Shown here: positions 53,398 to 61,622 of the stretch, piece after piece
Layout of the letters: the number at the start of each line of letters is the position of its first letter
Position numbering within the stretch: position 1 is the stretch's first letter
Assembly (NCBI GenBank): GCA_964349765.1
Contig: CAYGGZ010000001.1
Location: forward strand, 313,282 to 377,281
Length of the DNA stretch: 64,000 nt
Source: an uncultured Bacteroidales bacterium
GTDB taxonomy: Bacteria > Bacteroidota > Bacteroidia > Bacteroidales > JAAYJT01
Reading direction: 5' to 3'
The notes under the pieces: generated by a model
What the model saw: only the letters and a program-made list of their open reading frames with translations
Databases searched by the model: none
What the model was told of the DNA's origin: nothing
Position numbers and translations under genes: made by a program

Positions 53398-53985
53398 CTA
53401 TTTTACGTCATCAATGGCGATGAGGTTATTTAAGATTGCATAAATTGTAAGACCTGCAACTGATTTGATGCTAAGTTTCTTTGTGATGTTCTTGCGGTGC
53501 GTTACAACTGTGTGTGTTGAAATATGTAATTTGTCGGATATTTCTTTATTAATCAATCCTTTCACCAACAGCTTCAACACTTCCAATTCACGCGATGAGA
53601 GCGATTGTCCGGAACCTGGCGCCTTGGTTATGGTGGTTTTGCTGATGAGATTATTAAGTTTTTTGCGTATTTTGTTGCAGGTATCTGTGATCAGTATCAG
53701 TTCATCAAACCGGCTAATCACTTCATCCTCAAAAAGTGTATATATGATTGCACCAAGTTTCAATGTTCTTACATCTGGGGGCTGAAGATATTTGCTGCAA
53801 TCATTCGGAGAGAAAGATGGATTTATCAGTAAAACCTCCGGGCTATACCTTGCGATGGTAGAGTCAAGGTTGGAAGCGCAAGCAACTTCAATTACCGTGT
53901 CGAAATACCCTGAACTTTCAGCAATCTGAACAAGACCTTTCCTTATGATCTCCGATTGTTCTGCAATTACCAGTGTTTTTGCCAT
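53398..53985 (-). CDS. LuxR-family transcriptional regulator with an atypical (pseudo-)receiver domain
   Basis: C-terminal HTH LSSRELEVLKLLVKGLINKEISDKLHISTHTVVTHRKNITKKL. The N-terminal receiver-like fold lacks the acidic pocket (LVIAEQ instead of DD, LLINPS instead of the phospho-Asp). Confidence 0.8.
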   Translation of the reverse strand: MAKTLVIAEQSEIIRKGLVQIAESSGYFDTVIEVACASNLDSTIARYSPEVLLINPSFSPNDCSKYLQPPDVRTLKLGAIIYTLFEDEVISRFDELILITDTCNKIRKKLNNLISKTTITKAPGSGQSLSSRELEVLKLLVKGLINKEISDKLHISTHTVVTHRKNITKKLSIKSVAGLTIYAILNNLIAIDDVK

Positions 53986-54706
53986 TTTTCCATGATAAAC
54001 TAATTTTTTGTTCCAGTTGTTCCACTATCGGGATCAAAACCTTGTCTTCTATGCGCGCATGATTGATAAGATCATCTTCAAAATCCATCAGTTCTCCCAG
54101 AATTCTTATCCGGATGTAACGATCGCCGGCTACCGGGAAATACTTAATCAGCAGATTTTTTAAATCAGTGAGTTTCTCTTCAATGTTGTTGTGCCTTTCC
54201 TGGAACACACCTATATTGTAATTTATCTCGAAAATATCAGGCTTGTTATTTCTAATAAATTCCGACAACTGTGCCACATAGCGAAAAGCTGTTTCATTTT
54301 CATAAGCCAGATGCTCCTTCACTTCGGCAATATATTGGCTAAAGAATTTTTCGAGTTGCCTGGTTGCAGGTTGATTTACAACAATTTTGAATTCATTGAA
54401 CAGCTTTTCGAGATACGGTATCTTTTCTTCGAGATAATACTTATGCGAGTTCTCGAGATACGCCAGCAACATGTCAACATCCAGCCTGTGCAGCCGATGG
54501 TTTGGAAAAAAGTGTTTGTTCAAAAACACATTTACCATCAGCAGGAAAAAGTCGATGTTGATATTTTTCGATACACACACCTCTTTTACGGTTAGGTCTC
54601 CAAATCCAAGCTCTATGCCGAAACGGGGTAGTAACACCAACGCTCGTTTGTCGGTCGATACTATGTCGGCCAGCTTCATGTTGCCGGATATCATAAATTC
54701 AGTCAT
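53918..54706 (-). CDS. Hemerythrin-like / RIC (ScdA/YtfE)-like domain protein
   Basis: The N-terminus MKLADIVSTDKRALVLLPRFGIELGFGD resembles the ScdA_N domain. Downstream are helical H/E-rich motifs including HARIEDKVLIP (hemerythrin-type HxxxE..L.P). The 3' end overlaps the LuxR gene by 68 nt. Confidence 0.5.
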   Translation of the reverse strand: MTEFMISGNMKLADIVSTDKRALVLLPRFGIELGFGDLTVKEVCVSKNINIDFFLLMVNVFLNKHFFPNHRLHRLDVDMLLAYLENSHKYYLEEKIPYLEKLFNEFKIVVNQPATRQLEKFFSQYIAEVKEHLAYENETAFRYVAQLSEFIRNNKPDIFEINYNIGVFQERHNNIEEKLTDLKNLLIKYFPVAGDRYIRIRILGELMDFEDDLINHARIEDKVLIPIVEQLEQKISLSWKNGKNTGNCRTIGDHKERSCSDC

Positions 54707-55362
54707 GTGAGTGCATTAATTAAAAACGCCACAAAAGTATGCACAATGAAATAACAATTACGTACCCGATAATTGTGATTTTATCTTTGGTTCGCATAAG
54801 TGGGAAATTAACGATGCAGAAACACATTTATTCTTATTTGCCGAAAAGCGGCATTTGTGTTCAGAACTTACAAAAACCGAAGACATTGCCAATTCATCGG
54901 GTTTTTCGAATGAAGCTGTAAAGAGAAAATCGCCATAAATAGAAGAACTTCTTTTCACATCTAGCGGTCTAACATTTATTCATTCAAGTTCGTGAATATT
55001 TATTTAAGAGTTTTGTAAAGATTTTTATAAGATAAAATTGGCGTGCCAAAGCCATAGTCTTCTGGTTTGATAGATCGTACTCCGTTAAAAAATGAAACCT
55101 AAATCGCCATGGTTATATTTTTCAATTCTCCCATATAAAACTACTGATACCTTACAGAAATAGATTTATTGCACCTTCCTAAAGATAACGAAAACGTAAA
55201 TCCGTGAAGCAGAATTTGCTGATAAATAGTAGGTTGTAAATCCTCAGTTGAGCTATTGAGTGGCATACAAGGTTTCTTCGTTGGTTTTACTTTGTAACAT
55301 TCAGCACCTTTTTCCGTCATATACATGCACAATGATTACATTTATGATTAAAGCATTCTGAT

Positions 55363-56301
55363 ATGAACCCATCACCAATAGGAAAAATGCTCGAAGTGAA
55401 TTCATTATGCAAAAGTTTTTCCAATGTCCAGGCTGTTAAAAACATAAACTTCAATATTAAACAGGGTGATATTTTTGCCTTTCTCGGACCTAATGGCGCC
55501 GGAAAAACTACAACCATCCGTATTCTACTCGACATCATCAAGGCTGACAAAGGAGACATAAACTGGACCATCAATGGTAATAACATGGCATTACCAGCAG
55601 CAAAGTATATCGGCTATTTACCGGAAGAACGCGGACTTTATCCTGACATTCCCGTAATTAAATCACTTGTTTACCTTGCTTCAATCAGAGGCATGGATCC
55701 TAAAAAGGCAAGAAGCAGGGCAATGGAATGGCTCAAAAGAACCGGACTTGCCGATAGAGCAAAAGATAAACTGCAAACTTTGTCGAAAGGAAACCAGCAG
55801 AAAATCCAATTTATTGCATCTGTGCTTCATCAACCCCAATTTCTGATACTTGATGAGCCTTTTTCAGGTCTTGATCCTTTGAATCAGGAAATATTCATTG
55901 AATACATAAAGGAAATAAACGAGCAAGGTACAACTATTTTGCTGAGCGCCCATCAAATGGCGTTAGTCGAAAAAGTAGCACATAAAATTTTTCTGATCAA
56001 TAACGGGCAGGAGATATTTAAGGGTTCTCTGAACAGTCTTTACGACTATTTTGGGCAGCAACATATCATTAAATTGCGGTTCAGCGAACCAATTTCGCTT
56101 GATATAAACCACATGCCCAACGAAATTGAAGGCATACAACAAGCCGATGAGTTTAATGTGCAGCTAAATTTGAAATCCGGCTCATCGCTTAATAAGGCGC
56201 TGGCTGAATTGGCTAAACTGAAAGGTATTAACGATATCACCAGCCACAGGCCAGATCTGCATGAAATATTTATCCAACTAGTTAAAAGGCATTCTAAATG
56301 A
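55363..56301 (+). CDS. ABC transporter ATP-binding protein (ABC-2/drug-exporter type)
   Basis: Walker A GPNGAGKTT, signature LSKGNQQK, Walker B LILDEPFSGLD. Confidence 0.9.
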   Translation: MNPSPIGKMLEVNSLCKSFSNVQAVKNINFNIKQGDIFAFLGPNGAGKTTTIRILLDIIKADKGDINWTINGNNMALPAAKYIGYLPEERGLYPDIPVIKSLVYLASIRGMDPKKARSRAMEWLKRTGLADRAKDKLQTLSKGNQQKIQFIASVLHQPQFLILDEPFSGLDPLNQEIFIEYIKEINEQGTTILLSAHQMALVEKVAHKIFLINNGQEIFKGSLNSLYDYFGQQHIIKLRFSEPISLDINHMPNEIEGIQQADEFNVQLNLKSGSSLNKALAELAKLKGINDITSHRPDLHEIFIQLVKRHSK

Positions 56302-57482
56302 ATTACTTAAAACAACTTACAACAGTGGCCCTATGGGAGTACAGAAGGTTTTATAAGCCTAAGAGCGAGGCATGGGGGCTTGTGGTTATGCTTTTGATCT
56401 CAACGTTGTTTTATTTCGGTAGCAGATTGGCTTTGGCTGATGACGATGAGAAAACCAAGCTGTCGGTTACACAAAACACTGATACCCTGCTCGTAAATCT
56501 TTTATCCGACAGGTTTTACCTGAATATAATCCCGATTGATGAGCAGGATGAACTAAAAACCGAAATATCGCATTCGCAGGAAGGAATGTTACTTGTTCAG
56601 CATGAGAACTCTTTTACCCTGCACGCATACAAGAAGCCCAGAGAGCTTAAAAAACTGAAACCAATACTTGACGAATACAATAAAACCACTGAACTACAGG
56701 CCAGAGGCATTAACCGGCAAGATTTTGATACAATACTTCTACCGGCTGTTGTTAATGAATCGTACCAAATTACGCGCCGAACCCCCGGCAGGGTTGTTAT
56801 GGCTTTCGTTTTTGCCGGACTAATGATATTCTCAGTCTTCATCAGCTTTGCTTATCAGTTTACTGCAATCACAGGCGAAAAGCAGTTGCGAATAACCGAG
56901 CAAATAGTTTCCGCAATTAAACCTCAGGTTTGGATGGATGGAAAAATAATTGGAATAACTTTAACAGCACTATCGTCAATGGTTGCATATTCTCTGTTAA
57001 GTATCTTTGGTGGAACACTCTTTTTTCAGTTCACAAATGTTCCGATAGCCACCATTCTGCAATATATTCATGCACCATCAATACTTTTGTTCTTTTTCTT
57101 CTCATTGATTGGAGTCTTAATGTGGAATAGTTTGCTTGCAGCAATAGCTTCAATAATAACTGACCCCAATAATTCTGGCAAAAGCAGCCTGATGATGGTG
57201 CCTTTGTTGTTCGTATTGGTTTCGTTTCTTGTGATCCGCGATCCCGATGCACCCTTTTCAGTCTTTTTATCATGGTTCCCATTAACTTCGGCAACTGCCA
57301 TGCCTGTACGATGGGCTGTAACAGAAGTGCACTGGTTGGAATTGATATCATCTTTCATTTTGCTGGTTGCCACATTCTATTTGTTCCGCAAATTGGCAGC
57401 AAAGGTTTTCAGAATATCAATTCTAATTACCGGCCAGGAACTCACATGGGGCGAAGTGGTTCGAAATATCAGGAATACCTGA
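56298..57482 (+). CDS. ABC-2 type transporter permease
   Basis: 4-nt overlap with the ATPase gene. One N-terminal TM helix, a large extracytoplasmic loop and five C-terminal TM helices. Confidence 0.75.
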   Translation: MNYLKQLTTVALWEYRRFYKPKSEAWGLVVMLLISTLFYFGSRLALADDDEKTKLSVTQNTDTLLVNLLSDRFYLNIIPIDEQDELKTEISHSQEGMLLVQHENSFTLHAYKKPRELKKLKPILDEYNKTTELQARGINRQDFDTILLPAVVNESYQITRRTPGRVVMAFVFAGLMIFSVFISFAYQFTAITGEKQLRITEQIVSAIKPQVWMDGKIIGITLTALSSMVAYSLLSIFGGTLFFQFTNVPIATILQYIHAPSILLFFFFSLIGVLMWNSLLAAIASIITDPNNSGKSSLMMVPLLFVLVSFLVIRDPDAPFSVFLSWFPLTSATAMPVRWAVTEVHWLELISSFILLVATFYLFRKLAAKVFRISILITGQELTWGEVVRNIRNT

Positions 57483-57713
57483 AACCAACAATTGCTTCCT
57501 CATCAGCAAATTGCAGGAATAGCACACGCAGTATGGGTTAAGGGATTCAAATTCAAATTTACCGCCTCCTGATGAACATACCGCCGGATGCGATGTTAGC
57601 ATTAATACGGCGAGTGTTTTTAACCTCTGCCAAATTCAACACAACAAATGCATTTAGTAGTTTTGTAAAAATCTAAAGCCTACATATTATTGTTAAATCG
57701 TAAATCAAACAAA

Positions 57714-58328
57714 ATGAACAAATTAAGAACTTTAACCTTTATTGTAGCGCTTGTATTTCTGTTTCAGATGGAAGCTACTACCCAAAACCATGATGAAGTA
57801 CAAACACTGTTCAATAAAAAAGACCTGCACAAGGAAATTGGCTTTTCTGTAACCCCAGGGTTTGCCCTAACCGAAATGGACGGCGCAACTGCTTCGCTCT
57901 TTCACATAAGGGGCGGCATTAATTTTAGTGATAAAATAACATTGGGAGGCTTCTACAATACATCGCTAAATGAAATACACCCAAAAAGCGAAACGCTGCC
58001 AGAGATTTATATGGATTACTGGTCATTAGGAGGATTTTTAGAATATACTATCTTCTCAAGAAAATTAATTCATGCCACTTTCCCAATACTCATAGGTGGC
58101 GGTGAGGTGGAAATGGATGATGAATGGGGCGATAACGGGCTTGGTGAATCTAATTTTTTTCTTGTTGAACCAATTGCCTTACTTGAACTCAATTTGCACA
58201 AATATGTGCGCTTCAACATTGGTGCAGGTTACCGCTTTATTGGAGAAATGAACTACAGAAATTTTAACCATCAAGATATTTCCGGGCCTACTGGGTATAT
58301 TGGGCTTAAATTTGGATTGTTCAGATAA
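57714..58328 (+). CDS. Hypothetical secreted protein (possible small outer-membrane beta-barrel)
   Basis: The ATG at 57714 gives the signal peptide MNKLRTLTFIVALVFLFQMEA. Alternating hydrophobic strands end in ...GYIGLKFGLFR. Confidence 0.45.
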   Translation: MNKLRTLTFIVALVFLFQMEATTQNHDEVQTLFNKKDLHKEIGFSVTPGFALTEMDGATASLFHIRGGINFSDKITLGGFYNTSLNEIHPKSETLPEIYMDYWSLGGFLEYTIFSRKLIHATFPILIGGGEVEMDDEWGDNGLGESNFFLVEPIALLELNLHKYVRFNIGAGYRFIGEMNYRNFNHQDISGPTGYIGLKFGLFR

Positions 58329-58472
58329 CTGGCCTTACAGGCATTATTAAATACAGATTACGTGTCGGTAAAAAAGTGTTGATATTTGCGATACCATAAG
58401 CGTCAATACATTTATTCGCACCGAGATTGGGTCGGACATTAGGGTAGGCAATTGATTTAAAGCCAATCAGTT

Positions 58473-58901
58473 ATGACAAAAAACAAAACAATTGAAACCA
58501 CGGTTAATGTTCACGACTTTATTAATTCGTTTGCCGATACCGAGGAAAAACGAAACGATCGTTTTGAGCTCGTTAAACTAATGCAAGAGCTAACCGGTTA
58601 TGAGCCTAAAATGTGGGGGCCATCAATCATCGGATTTGGAAGGTACCACTATAAATCCGACAGAAGCCGGCAGGAAGGCGACTGGCCGTTGGTGGGCTTT
58701 TCGCCACGCAAAGCCGCCATTTCGCTTTACGTGTACACAGGCTGCAGCGAACACGAGCATCTGCTGAGTCACTTAGGAAAATTTAAAATGGGCAAAGCGT
58801 GCATCTATATTAAAAAGCTATCGGATATTAACCTGGAGGCACTCAAAAGGCTCATAAACGAAACAATATTGTTTTTGCAGGCCAAATACGGGAAAGTCTA
58901 A
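58473..58901 (+). CDS. DUF1801 (YdhG-like) domain protein
   Basis: 142 aa. VHDFINSF...EPKMWGPSIIGFGRYHYKSDRSRQEGDWPLVGFSPRKAAISLYV is typical of the family. Confidence 0.7.
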   Translation: MTKNKTIETTVNVHDFINSFADTEEKRNDRFELVKLMQELTGYEPKMWGPSIIGFGRYHYKSDRSRQEGDWPLVGFSPRKAAISLYVYTGCSEHEHLLSHLGKFKMGKACIYIKKLSDINLEALKRLINETILFLQAKYGKV

Positions 58902-58997
58902 TAGTATGTTACCCCGAACCTCACATTATCGTGAGCTGCCTGCAATTATTTGTTGATATCGCCTTGTTGCCGGATATGCTTATTAAATCACAGTTAT

Positions 58998-59273
58998 CCG
59001 ACTAATTTTACCTGCCCGACTTTGTCATTCAGGCGGGTTTCCATATTTTTACCTATGCTGTTTTTTTGTGTGGTAACAACAAACTTGCGTCATCGGTGTG
59101 AAACGTTCGGGATGGTAACCCCTTTTCTAAATTCTTCGTAATTTTGGTCGGACACTACTGAAAAAGAATGAAAATAACAAGCTACGCCAAAACCGAAACT
59201 ATATTGCATTACCTACCCGATTCTGGTTGATACACGCTATAAGGCGGGGTGGAGTAGGGGGGATAAACAAGTT
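58998..59273 (+). repeat. Cassette-junction element copy A (module 1 58998-59160 plus module 2 59161-59273)
   Basis: Collinear and near-identical with 61683-61959. Its first half matches 60187-60351 and its second half matches 63215-63330. Confidence 0.9.
59139..59146 (+). promoter_or_regulatory. Candidate Bacteroidota -7 promoter box (TAATTTTG) inside junction module 1. Equivalent boxes lie at 60330-60337 and 61825-61832.
   Basis: Exact match to the TAnnTTTG consensus known for Bacteroides promoters. No clean TTTG -33 box was found at canonical spacing. Confidence 0.35.
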
Positions 59274-59296
59274 ATAAGCGATTTAAATAACAACAT

Positions 59297-60085
59297 ATGA
59301 AAAAACTTTGGTTGACCTATGCATGGAAAGACAATGAAGATCAAGATTTAGACTTCATAGTACAAGAGCTCGACAAAAAGGACCTAGAAGTTAAATTTGA
59401 CAGAAGAAATTTAATTCCAGGTCAAAGACTTTGGGATCAAATTGGACAACAAATTACTGACCCAAATCAATGTGAGGCTTGGGGAATTTTATTGACATCT
59501 AATAGCCTTAATAGTGAACCTTGCATGGAAGAACTTGCATACGCTCTTGATAGAGCAATTGAGGCAAAAGGGACAACATTTCCAATGTTTGCCTTAATGA
59601 CTGATAGCATAACGTCCAAAGACCTCCCTCCGTCTTTAAAAGTAAGACTATGTATTCCCCTAACAAATAATGACTGGAGAAACCAAGTTGAAGCAGCATG
59701 TCATTTGCGACCATCTGGATTTACACCATCTGGACTTTCAGCATTTGTTATGACAGAGCACCTAACTCCAAATGGATTTTGCTTAGAAATGCGTCCTAGA
59801 TTTGACAGAATTGCTCCTGTTGCAATTGTTGTTGATTTGGATGAAAAGCTTTCAGGTAACGTATTTGATTCCAGTCTTGGGCCAGCGGGACGAATTCCGA
59901 CTGGTTTTGTTGCTCTTTCAAGAATTGATTCAGAAACAACTTTAACTGACGGTACCAAAGCTTGGGTTTGGGGAGCCGACAATGAAACAAATTCAACGTA
60001 TAGCTATTTTCTATTTTACAAAAGCCGACCTAAAAGAATATGGTTCGGACACCAACAAAACTTAGTATTAATAGACATGAGATAA
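59297..60085 (+). CDS. TIR/SEFIR (STIR) domain protein with a C-terminal domain of about 125 aa and unknown function
   Basis: The N-terminus reads KLWLTYAWKDNEDQD...FDRRNLIPGQRLWDQI...WGILLTSNSLNSEPCMEELAYAL. This follows the bacterial TIR pattern (FISYxxxD ... D...i.pG..w ... S..sl.S.wC..EL) with a candidate catalytic Glu at residues 78/79. Confidence 0.65.
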   Translation: MKKLWLTYAWKDNEDQDLDFIVQELDKKDLEVKFDRRNLIPGQRLWDQIGQQITDPNQCEAWGILLTSNSLNSEPCMEELAYALDRAIEAKGTTFPMFALMTDSITSKDLPPSLKVRLCIPLTNNDWRNQVEAACHLRPSGFTPSGLSAFVMTEHLTPNGFCLEMRPRFDRIAPVAIVVDLDEKLSGNVFDSSLGPAGRIPTGFVALSRIDSETTLTDGTKAWVWGADNETNSTYSYFLFYKSRPKRIWFGHQQNLVLIDMR

Positions 60086-60131
60086 ACCACTCATAACACT
60101 AAGTCGAATAGCCGAAAAGCCCTAAAAAAAG

Positions 60132-60164
60132 AGCCATTATACTGCTGAGGTGTAATGGCTTTTT
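60132..60164 (+). terminator. Intrinsic terminator after the TIR-like gene
   Basis: 8-bp stem AGCCATTA / TAATGGCT with a 13-nt loop, followed by TTTT. Confidence 0.65.
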
Positions 60165-60186
60165 GGTCTATTCGCTGTTCGGCTGG

Positions 60187-60351
60187 CCGACTAATTTTAC
60201 CTGCACGACTTTGTCATTCAGGCGGGTTTCCATATTTTTGCCCATGTTGTGTTTGTTGAGTAGTAATTACAAACTTGCAACATTGAGTTAAAACCTTCGG
60301 GATGGCAACCCCTTTTTCTAAATTATTTGTAATTTTGGTCGGATACTACTG
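60187..60351 (+). repeat. Cassette-junction element copy B (module 1 only)
   Basis: Aligns with 58998-59160 and 61683-61846. Homology stops at ...actactg, 10 nt before the stop codon of the converging toxin gene. Confidence 0.9.
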
Positions 60352-60360
60352 ATATTATAA

Positions 60361-60705
60361 CTATTTAAAATGTTCTGTTATTCTATTTCTATCTTCATTT
60401 TCCTTGTCATTCTTATGATACAATTCAATAAGTGAAATTTTTTGTTCATTAGGAAAATAGGCATAAATCAATCTTAATCCTGAGTTCACCCCTCTTCCTT
60501 TTAGTGCTTTACATGCAATCTTTTTAACTTTAATGATACACGTTTCCAAGCCCAAATTGTTTATGCGATAACTAAACGGTGGTCTTTCATCGGGTCGCTT
60601 TTTGAGAATGGCCTTCACTTCTGCCAAATCTTCATTTAGTGTACGATATCGTTTAAGCAGTATTTTCAAGTCTTTCTTAAATTCGACTAACTGATCAAAT
60701 TCCAT
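60361..60705 (-). CDS. Probable type II toxin, RelE/ParE-superfamily-like
   Basis: 114 aa, 3 nt downstream of the antitoxin gene. The C-terminal pattern ...GLRLIYAYFPNEQKISLIELYHKNDKEN resembles RelE/HigB/YafQ-type toxins. The assignment is by pattern only. Confidence 0.5.
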   Translation of the reverse strand: MEFDQLVEFKKDLKILLKRYRTLNEDLAEVKAILKKRPDERPPFSYRINNLGLETCIIKVKKIACKALKGRGVNSGLRLIYAYFPNEQKISLIELYHKNDKENEDRNRITEHFK

Positions 60706-60708
60706 TTT

Positions 60709-61527
60709 TTAAGCATTTTCATCCTCATCATATACTCTTACAGAGTATGGAAGTTCTCTGTAAAACGCTAATTCATAGCTAATTTCTTTGCCTTCATCGG
60801 TTATCTCCCAAGGCAAGTCTTTATGAGAATAATCGGTTATCATGGATGCACTCCAATCACTCATTTGTTCAATAACTCTGTCAATGACTTCTTTCTCACT
60901 TGCCCTTAGTTCAGTTAAATCAGCTTTCACTAAAGGCAGGTAGCGAGTTTGCGGATAACCGTGATAGACTGTTTTTACCCTTTGCAATTGCCCTTCATCC
61001 ATCATTTGATTTATAATGATATCTAATTTTTGCGGAACAGGTCCAAATGGTAATTTGCGATACTTAGCCCCCGTTAAATGCTCCTCATACAACTCATAGT
61101 AATTGAAATCAGAAAAATACAATAGTTTGTAAAGAACAGTTTCACCAACATTGGGCTTGCCTGAACAACGTTCCAGAATATACAACAAGACATTTTTAAA
61201 TTTATTGACTTGAAGCGTAGGCACAGAAATACGCACCTCCTCTTTCTTTGACTTCCTCTCCTCTTTGAGAGACCCTTCCTGACTTACGGAGAAATCTTCA
61301 GACATAAAATCGTCTAAAGAAAAACGTAAAACCTGTGACAACCTTTGAAGTTCAAGGATATCAACCCTTCTATTACCTAACTCAATTTGAGCCAATGACG
61401 GCCGGGAAATATTGACATTTTTAGCCAAATCTTGCTGAGACAGCCCTTTCATCTTACGAAATTCAGCTATCCTCCGACCAATTTGCTTTTGTGACAATCT
61501 TAGATTCATATCGATTTTGTGTTTCAT
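60709..61527 (-). CDS. XRE-family HTH plus Panacea (DUF4065/SocA-like) domain antitoxin
   Basis: N-terminal HTH QKQIGRRIAEFRKMKGLSQQDLAKNVNISRPSLAQIELGNR. C-terminal VLYKLLYFSDFNYYELYEEHLTGAKYRKLPFGPVP is typical of DUF4065. Confidence 0.75.
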   Translation of the reverse strand: MKHKIDMNLRLSQKQIGRRIAEFRKMKGLSQQDLAKNVNISRPSLAQIELGNRRVDILELQRLSQVLRFSLDDFMSEDFSVSQEGSLKEERKSKKEEVRISVPTLQVNKFKNVLLYILERCSGKPNVGETVLYKLLYFSDFNYYELYEEHLTGAKYRKLPFGPVPQKLDIIINQMMDEGQLQRVKTVYHGYPQTRYLPLVKADLTELRASEKEVIDRVIEQMSDWSASMITDYSHKDLPWEITDEGKEISYELAFYRELPYSVRVYDEDENA

Positions 61528-61622
61528 TGTTCAACGGCACAAAGATAAAAATGTTTTATTATAAACCAAGTGCTTGTTCTAAATACAAACACTGAATAAG
61601 TTTGACCTTTGAAAACCCAACC

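Noticed and set aside
58950-59141. 63-aa ORF (and its twin at 61602-61787) sharing the peptide PTNFTCPT.SFRRVSIFLP.L
   Set aside because: The similarity exists only because both ORFs read through junction module 1. Copy B has no equivalent long ORF, there is no recognisable domain, and the reading frame begins outside the repeat. It was judged noncoding.
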